In this document: piece after piece, positions 18,412 to 28,227 of the stretch | How positions within the stretch are numbered: position 1 is the first letter of the stretch | Layout: each line of letters opens with the position of its first letter | Assembly: GCA_045601085.1 (NCBI GenBank) | Contig: JAZRZD010000002.1 | Location: forward strand, 6,106-70,105 | From: Bacilli bacterium | GTDB lineage: Bacteria > Bacillota_I > Bacilli_A > RFN20 > CAG-826 | Length of the DNA stretch: 64,000 nt | Direction of reading: 5' to 3' | Notes under the pieces: model-generated | Database searches by the model: none | What the model was told of the DNA's origin: nothing | What the model saw: the letters and a program-made list of their open reading frames with translations, nothing else | Program-made: the position numbers and the translations under genes

Positions 18412-19105
18412 CTTGATTCACCTCAGAAAGTTTAAGAAGTTTGTCTTTCTTATTTTCTTTCATTGTGTAGGAATCATATTGATAAATAGGTATTCCTTTT
18501 AATCTAGCTAGGCCAAATATCTCATCAGATGCTGGACCATATACAATTATACCAGTTGGTTCAAGTGTATCCACTACTCGCATGACTTGATCCGCAAATA
18601 TATAACGATTATCAAGACGATTAGTAAATCCATGTGTACCAATGGCAATAAGTGTATGTTTAGGAAAAGCTTCTAAACAAGATAATGTTCTATTATCACC
18701 TATTCTAACATTTGGAATGATTTTAATTCCTTGATTTGCAAAATAATAGGTGATAGCTAGATTAAGATATATTTGACTCTTTTGAACCACTAAAGGCATA
18801 TTATCGTAAGGACTTGGATCAATACCTATAACCATTTGATATTGTTGTAGTTTTTCAACATATCTTATTGGATTATTTAAAATAGGGGTAAATCCAGCAT
18901 CATTACAATAAAAGCACATTGCAGTAATACTAGGGTCCACTACATCTTGTCTTCTATCCCACTGTATTATTTCTTTTGGAAGGTCAGTGGCAACCATCCA
19001 CTCTTCGATTATTGGAAACTCGTCGGTTTCAGTACGTCTAGTGCCATCGATGAGGTAAGCTAAATAGACGTCCCTAACATAGGGAGTTTTTGATTTTCTG
19101 AGCAT
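18401..19105 (-). CDS. DUF4417 family protein A
   Basis: FYCND...P..Y...L.....IG.DPSPY.NMP...GIKIIPNV pattern of DUF4417; paralogue at 30477. Confidence 0.8.
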   Translation of the reverse strand: MLRKSKTPYVRDVYLAYLIDGTRRTETDEFPIIEEWMVATDLPKEIIQWDRRQDVVDPSITAMCFYCNDAGFTPILNNPIRYVEKLQQYQMVIGIDPSPYDNMPLVVQKSQIYLNLAITYYFANQGIKIIPNVRIGDNRTLSCLEAFPKHTLIAIGTHGFTNRLDNRYIFADQVMRVVDTLEPTGIIVYGPASDEIFGLARLKGIPIYQYDSYTMKENKKDKLLKLSEVNQDER

Positions 19106-19145
19106 ATTTCGCTCCTTTCTGCACGTTTTTCGTGCTAATTAAAGC

Positions 19146-19219
19146 GAGATATGCTACTATTCATTTATCCGATGTGCTTCAGCATATCTCTAATCGTGAC
19201 CATTCGCACTGGTTACGAT
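19146..19219 (-). promoter_or_regulatory. Conserved double-hairpin leader upstream of DUF4417 A
   Basis: 10-bp stem with TGCGAA loop plus GAGATATGCT/AGCATATCTC stem; homologous to 30356-30428. Confidence 0.7.
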
Positions 19220-19284
19220 TTTTTTAGCTTTATTATTTTTTATTGGCGTTGCGCCTTCTCCTTTCTTGTTCCAAATCATGTCAT

Positions 19285-20049
19285 TTATTTCATAATAGTT
19301 CCCTCCCTTTTATGATTAATTTCTAAAGCATCAAAAAGAGATTGAGAAATGATTCCCAAGGTTAGAAATCTCCATGCCATAGCGGTGCCAGAAACATTCA
19401 ATTCTTCTGCAACAGCATAAATCATCTTCCAAATAAGTTTTCTTTGCCTTGCTCCCAACCTTTGTCCTGGCATAATTTCGGCATGCTTTTGCTTATAAAG
19501 CTTTCTAACGAATTGAGCCGGCATTAAAATATAAGAAGTATACTTATTCGCGTGATATTCCATCCAATCTTTTTGAGTTCTTCTTTTAACAATTAAATTT
19601 TTACCATCCAAAAGTTTTTCATCATTAATATATGTTTCTCCATCAAGGAGTGCTTTGTTAACATATAAATCGAACTGTGAATGTGCACTTTCGTGAATCA
19701 AAGTAAATCCAATAATATGTTCATCATTTTTGCAAGCTTCTAGGTCAACACAAATTGTTCCTTTTTCAAAAAATCTTAAATCAGGTTTATTCTCTTCATT
19801 CATGACCGGTACGACACCACTAGATATTGCTATCATCCCATATCTTGAATTATTTGGCGATAATCTTTGAAATTGAACCTTTATCTTTAAATAATTCTCA
19901 ATAAAATCATCTACATTTAATGCAAAAGGAACTTTGAAATAATCTTTCTTGTAATCTTTTAATTGAGCATAAGCAAAAGCTTCAAGTTCTTCATCTTTAA
20001 CTTGAAGTACACCATATTCGTTATAAGCATGCTTATCCCAAATAATCAT
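19285..20049 (-). CDS. ImmA/IrrE-family metallopeptidase
   Basis: FTLIHESAH HExxH, WMEYHANKYTSYILMP; adjacent to XRE gene. Confidence 0.85.
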   Translation of the reverse strand: MIIWDKHAYNEYGVLQVKDEELEAFAYAQLKDYKKDYFKVPFALNVDDFIENYLKIKVQFQRLSPNNSRYGMIAISSGVVPVMNEENKPDLRFFEKGTICVDLEACKNDEHIIGFTLIHESAHSQFDLYVNKALLDGETYINDEKLLDGKNLIVKRRTQKDWMEYHANKYTSYILMPAQFVRKLYKQKHAEIMPGQRLGARQRKLIWKMIYAVAEELNVSGTAMAWRFLTLGIISQSLFDALEINHKREGTIMK

Positions 20050-20432
20050 ATTACTTTTTTCCTTTCAATCATTTTGATGAATTCGTTCCATTGCTCATCT
20101 GTAACATTGTTTTCTTGGGCTTTTCTTAGCGCTTGTTGAGCAAGAGGAACATTCTGCAAATACTCTTTAACTTCAAGAGCAATTTTGTCTTTCGAAAGCA
20201 TAGATTCATCAGCTAATTTAGACATCAAAGATGCATCATTGGCATTCAACTCAAGCTTTTCAATAATCCTTTTGAGTAAATCTGGATATTTTTTGCTATT
20301 AGCAGGAAATGCTCGATTCCCGCTTTCTAAGTCACATAGAAAAGCTGGAGAAATGCCGAGTAATGATGCAAATCCGCGAATAGTTAATCCTTTTTCTTTT
20401 CTTTTTAACATTAGAAATTCTTTAAATTCCAT
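20046..20432 (-). CDS. XRE-family HTH repressor (ImmR-like)
   Basis: LTIRGFASLLGISPAFLCDLESGNR; start MEFKEF after AAGGAGG. Confidence 0.85.
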   Translation of the reverse strand: MEFKEFLMLKRKEKGLTIRGFASLLGISPAFLCDLESGNRAFPANSKKYPDLLKRIIEKLELNANDASLMSKLADESMLSKDKIALEVKEYLQNVPLAQQALRKAQENNVTDEQWNEFIKMIERKKVI

Positions 20433-20906
20433 TTTTACTACCTCCTTTTCTAGCGTATGTGTCGGCAATTGCTAACACTAATATTATTACACAATAAAAA
20501 ATGTTCTGCAACAAAATTGTCGGCAAAAAGCGAACAATCATTTTTTATTTATCTAACTAATGTGTTTTATTACACAGATTTTGGAGATACAAGGGTGTTA
20601 AAATGGAGATATCAATACTTCATTAACTTCCTATTAGCCTTTCCTTGGATTATAGGATAACCCTCTTGAAAAATTGCTATATTACACCTTTTAGTGTTAC
20701 TACATGATTGCGAGATACAAAAATTCAGCTACTCAGAGCTCGTCCTTTCGCTGAATTTGTTTTTCTATTTGGATTGAAAAGTATATTCTAATACAATTGA
20801 AACAGCTTAATAATTTTATATCGTTTTCCCACTGTTTGAAAGTGCAACCGGCTTTAAATTTATGCAACCAGTCGTTTTTCTACACACACTATATCACCAA
20901 TATGGC

Positions 20907-22706
20907 TCATTTGAAATAATCAATATGGCCCAAGATGCTAGTCCATGGAGCTACGTATTTCATTTTGTCATTTGTATCAACCATTCTAGCAAATGCATCA
21001 TATCTATCTTTGCCCCAATTGGTTCTTATTTCAAATTTATTAGCGCCAATATAACCACATGTGTTATTTTCGGAATACTTTTTCCAATCTAATCCATTAA
21101 TAGAAGGATTTCCGTTTTTACAGAAATTAGAAATTATTTGTTGCCACTTTCTTGATAATTCTACTTGAGCGTTTGTACCTTCACCGCTATCGCCATCAAA
21201 GTTACCGAAAGTATAGTAACAATCTACCGCGTGTGCAGCGCCTAAGTCTTTACAAGTTCCATCATAAGGAATATCAAAAGAATAAGCATACACATTACCA
21301 TTTCTAGCGATGTCTTTTAAACCTAAATAATAGTTAAATCCTTGTAACGAATAATCATTTGCAAATTGTTTCATTTTTGCATTATCAGTGGTAAAACCCT
21401 CATTATTTAATGCTTCTATATAATCATTTGCAGCACTAACAAATTCTTGAGAAGGTGTGAAATGATATTCATCTTCTCCCATACCACACACTAGTTCATA
21501 CATACTTCTACACATATTATCAAAGCTATATTTTGGGTCGCTTTCTATCACTGGTTTCATGACTAGTTTGTAATAGGCAAATTCATTAGTGGTTGAACCT
21601 GTTAATAATGTGATATCCGGATCAACATGGCTATTAAAAGAAGTAAACATATCAGTTGGAATTACTTCCCCATCTAATATGTAGTTATTGATATACAAAG
21701 AATTATTTGTTCGCCATTCATATAAATCTTGGAAAGGTAAATTTTGTATATCTTCAATAGTGTGTACATCAGGATGATCTTTCAAAAAAGCATAAGTTAG
21801 TGCTTCACTAGCTTTTAAGGTTGTACCTTGATTAATGCCACCACTCATGGCGATTACCTTACTAAATAAGTGGTCTTCTTTTTCTAGATAATGACAGTTA
21901 GGATCACTTTCCATAGTAAGCAAACAAAATACACTTCCACATCCAGCACTTTCTCCACAGATAGTTATGTTATTTGTGTCTCCACCAAAACTGGAGATAT
22001 TTTTCTTAATCCACTTTAAGGCTTGTACTTGATCTAATAGACCATTATTCGTAGAGTTCTTAAATTTCTCTCCATAATCGCTTAATACGTATTCACCTTT
22101 GTCATTTTTGATTCCAAGGTTAATCATACCCATAAAGTTAAGTCTATATTGAATATCCACAACAATTACATCAGGATTATAGTAAGAAAATAAACTTCCT
22201 TCATATATTGGGTCACTAGCCCCACCATTAACCCAACCTCCACCATGGATATAAACTAAAACAGGTTTATTGGTTTTATTATTATTTGAGGTATAAACGC
22301 ATAACGATAAACAATCAATGTCGCTTTGAGGATATTGACTAGCCTTTTCGCTTTCACTTCTAGCTTGCATTGCACTCTTGCCAAAGTAAAACGCTTGATA
22401 AACTTTGTCACTATCACTAGGAGCAACAGAACGCTCAAATCTATTAGGGATCTTCGCAAATGGGATTCCTTTCCAAGACTTAACATTAAGTGATTTATCT
22501 AATGTCCCAACAAATGTTCCATTGTTGCATTTAGCGGCTAAAGACTTATCATAATCGCCTTTTATTTCTTCATTTTCGTGATAAGTTGGTATTTCATATC
22601 TAACATTCCATTCAGCTTTTGTATGATAAATACTTTTTATCCCTGTGGAAGAACAACCAACAACCAAAAGTGGTAAAACAAATAAACTTATAATTTTATG
22701 TTTCAT
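20907..22706 (-). CDS. Type-B carboxylesterase lipoprotein
   Basis: Lipobox VVGC; WKGIPFA, HGGGW, GESAG nucleophile motif, HAVD. Confidence 0.9.
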   Translation of the reverse strand: MKHKIISLFVLPLLVVGCSSTGIKSIYHTKAEWNVRYEIPTYHENEEIKGDYDKSLAAKCNNGTFVGTLDKSLNVKSWKGIPFAKIPNRFERSVAPSDSDKVYQAFYFGKSAMQARSESEKASQYPQSDIDCLSLCVYTSNNNKTNKPVLVYIHGGGWVNGGASDPIYEGSLFSYYNPDVIVVDIQYRLNFMGMINLGIKNDKGEYVLSDYGEKFKNSTNNGLLDQVQALKWIKKNISSFGGDTNNITICGESAGCGSVFCLLTMESDPNCHYLEKEDHLFSKVIAMSGGINQGTTLKASEALTYAFLKDHPDVHTIEDIQNLPFQDLYEWRTNNSLYINNYILDGEVIPTDMFTSFNSHVDPDITLLTGSTTNEFAYYKLVMKPVIESDPKYSFDNMCRSMYELVCGMGEDEYHFTPSQEFVSAANDYIEALNNEGFTTDNAKMKQFANDYSLQGFNYYLGLKDIARNGNVYAYSFDIPYDGTCKDLGAAHAVDCYYTFGNFDGDSGEGTNAQVELSRKWQQIISNFCKNGNPSINGLDWKKYSENNTCGYIGANKFEIRTNWGKDRYDAFARMVDTNDKMKYVAPWTSILGHIDYFK

Positions 22707-22902
22707 ACAACTATTATCTTATAAAGATTTATAAAAGGGTAGAACAAAAATATCCAAAGGCTTTGCCTTTTTTAAAATCGCGAACTGAAATTTAAAGAAA
22801 GATTTAGATACAAAATATGCTAAAATTGATTCTAAAACGCTTAAAAAGGTATAAAAAAACCGATTTTGGATACAAATCGATTAGTTTAGTATAATGTCTT
22901 TA

Positions 22903-22969
22903 CGCAACGAAGTTAATAGTTTTTAAATCGAGCGCAACGAAGTTAATAGGTCGAACGCAACGAAGTTAA
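22903..22969. repeat. Three direct repeats CGCAACGAAGTTAA
   Basis: Exact 14-mers at 22903, 22933 and 22956. Confidence 0.9.
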
Positions 22970-23087
22970 CATATAAATTCGCCCTTTTAACTGTGGAAAA
23001 TTCTACAATATTTGTTTTTGCTAGTCAATCCCTATAATTTTTAATTATATTAACTTCATTGCATAAACATATTTAGTTGTAATAAGG

Positions 23088-23951
23088 TTAAATTTCGCCT
23101 TTCCTAACACTTTCTAATATTTCTGAATCAGCATTCTTTATTATTTCTACAAATTTACTTCCTAAAGATAAAAATAAATATTTGGTTTGAATATCAACAA
23201 CATAGAAAGGTGCATTCTTCTTATAGATAAGCGAATTCTCTTCCACATCATTTAATCTAAAAAATGTTCTGTTTAAAAAGCAATAATATATTCTCATCAC
23301 ATAATTGCAATCTGGCGAAGGAAAATTTGACATCGAAGAGAAAATTTGTTCCTTTCTTTCTTTATCAACTGCCGCTTTATCAAACTCATTAAATGCCACA
23401 TCAGCCCAATTCAAAATCAATTCATCATCATTATCTAAATCTGGAAAGCAACTTCTAACAAGGGCAGGAAAAGTATATTTAACAAAATCATTAAAAAATA
23501 ATGAATCAAAATCTCCTATATTTCCAATTTTTTCAAAGAATATTTTGTTTGTTCTAAATATACAAATAGTTGAGCATAAACAATCAACCCAGTTAAATAA
23601 TTGCTTTGATTTATCATACTTAAGTCTATCATTGCCAAAAGTCTTATCATTGATTACTAAGTTACAAATCTCTGAGATTCTTTTATGTTTAATCGCACTT
23701 GATGCAAAGACAGATTCTGTAAATGAATAATAAAGCTTAGCATTATCGCTATCTATATAACAATCCGAGCCAAATGAATTTCTATTTGCTTCCGCCGAAG
23801 AAATTTCTGTTGCAGAAGAAAAATTCTCGTTTTGATAGTTTTTAGGTCTCATCCATAAACCATCTTTCAATTCAAGAATAGGGTTCCAGCCATCCATTTT
23901 AAAGATTCGGTTAGAATTAGTTAATAAGTACCTACATTGAAAATAAAACAT
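23088..23951 (-). CDS. Hypothetical protein co-transcribed with R-M genes
   Basis: 287 aa ORF 2 nt downstream of the endonuclease stop. Confidence 0.7.
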   Translation of the reverse strand: MFYFQCRYLLTNSNRIFKMDGWNPILELKDGLWMRPKNYQNENFSSATEISSAEANRNSFGSDCYIDSDNAKLYYSFTESVFASSAIKHKRISEICNLVINDKTFGNDRLKYDKSKQLFNWVDCLCSTICIFRTNKIFFEKIGNIGDFDSLFFNDFVKYTFPALVRSCFPDLDNDDELILNWADVAFNEFDKAAVDKERKEQIFSSMSNFPSPDCNYVMRIYYCFLNRTFFRLNDVEENSLIYKKNAPFYVVDIQTKYLFLSLGSKFVEIIKNADSEILESVRKGEI

Positions 23952-23953
23952 AA

Positions 23954-25441
23954 CTACAATCCATAATAATCATTAACAAAATTGTTAATAACATTTGTAA
24001 TATTTTGGCCCATATATCTATTAGCTAAATTTTCAAAAAATGAAAAATCAATAAATCCAGTTTGCGATGCATTGTAACCACTATAACAATAATTAGCTAA
24101 AGCTTGAGCCGTAATTGCAACAATTGGAAAACCAACAATATCACCAGAAACACCATGGGCAAAGCGAGAAGATACAACAATACAATATTTAGACCTGTGA
24201 ATACGTAAGTGATTAGATAATCTCATAGGATTTAAAGATTGTGTTGATGTTCCCGATGTTTTCCCATCAACATTAATATTGTAGAACGAATCATCATCAT
24301 CTCTAACTGCACAAAGCAAATCAGTATCTCCTGATCCGCTAATAATAGAAACATTTTCAACTTGTTGGAATAATTCGAAGACTGGCTTTAATGCGTTTTC
24401 TAGATCTTTGCCATCTCTAGAACCATATTTTGATGCATGAACCATAGCATCAATAATCTCTGAAACTTCATTATTTCTTTCATATTGTTCAGAAACAACA
24501 CTTAGATATTTTAATGGTCTTGTTTGGTAAACGCCTAATATATAATCCTCTTGTGACAAAATATCTTTATCGGCAGGAGTTATTGGAGCTTCAAAAGCAC
24601 TAAATTTTTCAACCAATTTTTTTGCGATATCTCTCAAATCAGGATTTATCATTACATAACCACTACACTTTTTGCCAGAATCGTAAGCATCGTTTCTTTT
24701 TGTTCCACAATTACCATGATTAAAGTAATGTAAATATCCATCATTATAATTTTCATCTTTACGAATTTTTAGAACACCAAAATCCCTAAACATTCTAAAG
24801 AAATAATAGTTAAATTCATGAAAAACATTAGCAAAGACATCATCATAGTTGTCAACAGATTTGAATAATTGATTCTTTTGGAAAAAATTTAATTTTCTAA
24901 ATTCAAGAATGCTGTCAATTAATTCATCATAAAATTCACTATTAATTGTTTCAATAAATGGGACAAAATAGCAAAATTCATCTATATACATTTTTTCGCC
25001 TAGGCGCTTATCAGTTAGTAATTTTACAATAAGTCTACCAGCATTTATCTTAAAGCAAGATTGTGTATCACTGAATGGATGAGGATATTGCATAGAAAAC
25101 AGATTTATTAATGACATTTTTGCAATATTTTCCTCGCTTTCATCTCTCATCAAACTCGTTGCCATAGGAGAAGGAACTAGCTTATTTTTATATTCGGGTA
25201 AACTATATCCAAACATATAAAATTTGAGTTCGCTTAATCTTACGCCCATTGTGTTAGCTGATCCTTGCGAGCTTCTTCCCTTATATGTTCCGTTTGATTT
25301 TAGTTCTCTTAATAAGCGTGTTTTAGTAGTGTAATTATCTAAACGATTATTAGCATGTAAAAATTCAATCATCAATTCTGCAGAACTGATATTTTTTTGA
25401 AATATCCACTTGTGTTCCTTTGTCCTTATTAAATCAATCAT
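23954..25441 (-). CDS. Type IIS restriction endonuclease (HgaI-like)
   Basis: 495 aa, C-terminal PD-(D/E)XK-like GDTDLL...INVDGKT; follows two m5C MTases. Confidence 0.75.
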   Translation of the reverse strand: MIDLIRTKEHKWIFQKNISSAELMIEFLHANNRLDNYTTKTRLLRELKSNGTYKGRSSQGSANTMGVRLSELKFYMFGYSLPEYKNKLVPSPMATSLMRDESEENIAKMSLINLFSMQYPHPFSDTQSCFKINAGRLIVKLLTDKRLGEKMYIDEFCYFVPFIETINSEFYDELIDSILEFRKLNFFQKNQLFKSVDNYDDVFANVFHEFNYYFFRMFRDFGVLKIRKDENYNDGYLHYFNHGNCGTKRNDAYDSGKKCSGYVMINPDLRDIAKKLVEKFSAFEAPITPADKDILSQEDYILGVYQTRPLKYLSVVSEQYERNNEVSEIIDAMVHASKYGSRDGKDLENALKPVFELFQQVENVSIISGSGDTDLLCAVRDDDDSFYNINVDGKTSGTSTQSLNPMRLSNHLRIHRSKYCIVVSSRFAHGVSGDIVGFPIVAITAQALANYCYSGYNASQTGFIDFSFFENLANRYMGQNITNVINNFVNDYYGL

Positions 25442-26490
25442 TTCTTTCCTATCCCACTACATATCGCTTTTGCGAAATTTGGTGGTATAGCCTCCCCTAT
25501 TACTTGTCTAATAAAATTATCAGTAGCCCATTCGGGCAATTCCCAATCAGGATTGATTGATGAAACAATAAAAAGTTCTCTTAAAGTCAAAACTCTTGGA
25601 TCTGAGTAAGTTCCATCTTTTAACATTCTACCAGGATGTGCATTATTATGCCCACCTAAATTTCCACTATTCATAGCTCTAGCAGGAGATGGTTCATCCC
25701 ATTTCATTCTTTTGTATGTATTATGAAATCCTTTAATAGGATCTCCATTTGGCTTTTTGGGATAATAAACAGGGTTTTTTAACGCTGATTTTCCCTCCGG
25801 TGTATGCTTCATAGCAAGAATTTCTCGTTCATTATGAGTTTTAGCGAAATGCCACTTTAAACTGCTTGATTCACCTGGATTTAATGATGGTAGATTTCCA
25901 ATACATTCTCTCAACGTTATTTCTTTAGATTTTTTTGGATTAGACCAATTTAGATTTTTCTTCCATATTTTAATAAAACCACGGGGTCTACTTTGAGGCA
26001 CATTGTAATCTTTTGCGTTAAGAATGAATGATTCGATATTATATTTTTCAGAATACTTTATTTTACAAATTTCTTCTAATTTCTTTAATTCGCCATTAAA
26101 TGGAAAATACAACTTCAAAAACTTCGGAACATTTTCAATTAAAATATAATCGAAATCATTGTCATCGATAATATCGAAAACATAAAAAACCAAATAATTT
26201 CGTTTGTCTGTCGAATATTCCTTTTTGCCTAAACTGCTCATACCTTGACATGGAGGTGTGGCTAATAAAAACTTGCATTTTTCTTTTTTAATTTCATTAT
26301 TTACTTTTGTAAACACATCATCATTTGTGATATCACCCGAAAACATTTTGCAATCTGGATACAAAAATGAATGTAAATCACATCTCTTTGGTAAAAGTTC
26401 ACTTGCGACTTTGATATCTAAACCACAATCTTTTAGATATAATTCAGCAATACCAGCAGATGAAAATAAAGAAGCACCTTTAATTGGCAT
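25438..26490 (-). CDS. DNA (cytosine-5) methyltransferase M2
   Basis: SLFSSAGI, ATPPCQG, IENV, QSRPR, GEAIPP. Confidence 0.92.
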   Translation of the reverse strand: MPIKGASLFSSAGIAELYLKDCGLDIKVASELLPKRCDLHSFLYPDCKMFSGDITNDDVFTKVNNEIKKEKCKFLLATPPCQGMSSLGKKEYSTDKRNYLVFYVFDIIDDNDFDYILIENVPKFLKLYFPFNGELKKLEEICKIKYSEKYNIESFILNAKDYNVPQSRPRGFIKIWKKNLNWSNPKKSKEITLRECIGNLPSLNPGESSSLKWHFAKTHNEREILAMKHTPEGKSALKNPVYYPKKPNGDPIKGFHNTYKRMKWDEPSPARAMNSGNLGGHNNAHPGRMLKDGTYSDPRVLTLRELFIVSSINPDWELPEWATDNFIRQVIGEAIPPNFAKAICSGIGKK

Positions 26491-27550
26491 ATTTAATACC
26501 TCCCACAATTTTCATTACTAGTCTTGGAGGAATTCCTTCACCAACAATATATCTAATTTGTGATTCAGAAATATTTGCAGGCATATCAATGTCAGGATCA
26601 ATCGAAGACAAAATAAATAATTCTCTAGGAGTTAGAACTCTGGCATCAGAATATGTTCCATCAGATAATTCTCTACCAGGATGAACATTACTTTGCGAAG
26701 AAATACAATCATTTCGCATTGTTATAGTTGGAGCAGGAGCATCCCATTCAATTCTTTTAAAAGTAGCAGCAAATCCTTTCACTTTCTTTCCATTTTTATC
26801 TTTTGGATAGTAAATTTTGTTTTCAAATGCAGAATGTCCAGTAGGCGTATGTTTCATGCAAAGAATATGCTCATCAGTATGTTTTCTTGCATAATGATTT
26901 TTAATACCACTATCCTGTCCTGCTTCAATTGATGGCAAATCTCCAATTGCCTGCCTAACAGTAACAATTTTTTCAGTTTTTGGCATCTCCCAAATATTAC
27001 CTTTTTTCCACATTCTAATAATTCCTCTTTTTCTAGATTGAGGAACACCATAGTCTTCAGTGTTGAAAACATGGTAATCTATCTCATATTTTGCGCCAAA
27101 CTTATCATTAAGAATCTCTAATAGCGAAACATTTTCTTTATCTTTATATAAATATAACATCTCATAGAAACGAGTGACATTTTCAAACATAACAAATGTA
27201 GGCATTACTTTTTCAATAATTTCAACAGCATCAAAAACCAAATAATTTCTAAAATCATTTTTCATTGCTTCTAGATCTTTGTTTTTGCCTATTAAAGAAG
27301 CACCCTGACATGGAGGAGTTGCCATAATAAAATCTACTCCGGCCTTTAGTGCCTTATCTACTAAAATATCTTTAGTTTCTTTTTTTGTTATATCACCGCA
27401 GACAACATCTGTGTTTTTATTGTAGAACTTATAAAATTCACATCTCTTTGGTAAGAGTTCATTAGCGATAACAATATTGACATTTGTCTTTCCGAGACTC
27501 ATCTCTCCAATACCGCCACCACTAAAAAGCGACATTCCCTTAATTTTCAT
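26480..27550 (-). CDS. DNA (cytosine-5) methyltransferase M1
   Basis: SLFSGGGI, ATPPCQG, FENV, QSRKR, TITMRND.ISSQ.NVHPGR as recalled for M.HgaI; start MKIKG after GAGG. Confidence 0.92.
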   Translation of the reverse strand: MKIKGMSLFSGGGIGEMSLGKTNVNIVIANELLPKRCEFYKFYNKNTDVVCGDITKKETKDILVDKALKAGVDFIMATPPCQGASLIGKNKDLEAMKNDFRNYLVFDAVEIIEKVMPTFVMFENVTRFYEMLYLYKDKENVSLLEILNDKFGAKYEIDYHVFNTEDYGVPQSRKRGIIRMWKKGNIWEMPKTEKIVTVRQAIGDLPSIEAGQDSGIKNHYARKHTDEHILCMKHTPTGHSAFENKIYYPKDKNGKKVKGFAATFKRIEWDAPAPTITMRNDCISSQSNVHPGRELSDGTYSDARVLTPRELFILSSIDPDIDMPANISESQIRYIVGEGIPPRLVMKIVGGIKYAN

Positions 27551-27566
27551 ATCTTTCCTCAAACCC

Positions 27567-27616
27567 GACGTATGGGGTACGTCAGACATTATACACTATT
27601 TTTCGATAACTGTTAA
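27567..27616 (-). promoter_or_regulatory. R-M operon promoter with downstream palindrome
   Basis: TTAACA-N17-TATAAT followed by GACGTA-N5-TACGTC. Confidence 0.6.
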
Positions 27617-28227
27617 CGGAACTGCTTTAATTCAATTATAATTTTCTTTTTTATTGGAATATCGTAAATATTTCTCACAATCGCCATTTTAAGCAGATAA
27701 TCTATTGGGATTTTGAAAATTACACAAATTCTATGCAATGTTTCTATAGAAGGTAGTCTCAAGCCTTGTTCTATATCAAAAAGTGTTGTTCTATCGATTC
27801 CAACCATGTTTGCTAGTTCAGACTTATTATATTGATTTGTAACTCTTAAATATTCGATTTCTTTACCTAACAAAACCGGACTAATTTTTCCAAATAACGG
27901 ATCGCTTTCGTTATAAAAAACTGAATACCACTTTGGATATGCAGATTCAAAAGATTCATGAAGATGTTCAGGTGGCCTTTCATTTGGATTATGATATGCA
28001 AGATACTTTATCATTTCTCTTTCTTTTGGTGTTGTTAAGGCCATGAATTTTTTATCTAATTCAATTATCTTTTCAATTTCCATCTGCTCTTCAATTTTAA
28101 ATTCAAGCAAACGGCAATGATAGTTATAGACTCTTTCTTGAATTCGATAATGCGTTCTGTGGTGTCTAAGATATCTACTAAACCCCATTCTAGTCCTTGC
28201 AAATACAACTCCATCAAAAGTTCTCAT
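27613..28227 (-). CDS. Protein with C-terminal XRE HTH
   Basis: KSELANMVGIDRTTLFDIEQGLRLPS. Confidence 0.75.
   Translation of the reverse strand: MRTFDGVVFARTRMGFSRYLRHHRTHYRIQERVYNYHCRLLEFKIEEQMEIEKIIELDKKFMALTTPKEREMIKYLAYHNPNERPPEHLHESFESAYPKWYSVFYNESDPLFGKISPVLLGKEIEYLRVTNQYNKSELANMVGIDRTTLFDIEQGLRLPSIETLHRICVIFKIPIDYLLKMAIVRNIYDIPIKKKIIIELKQFR

Noticed and set aside
22903-22969. Possible mini-CRISPR
   Set aside because: Repeats too short, spacers 16 and 9 nt, no cas genes.
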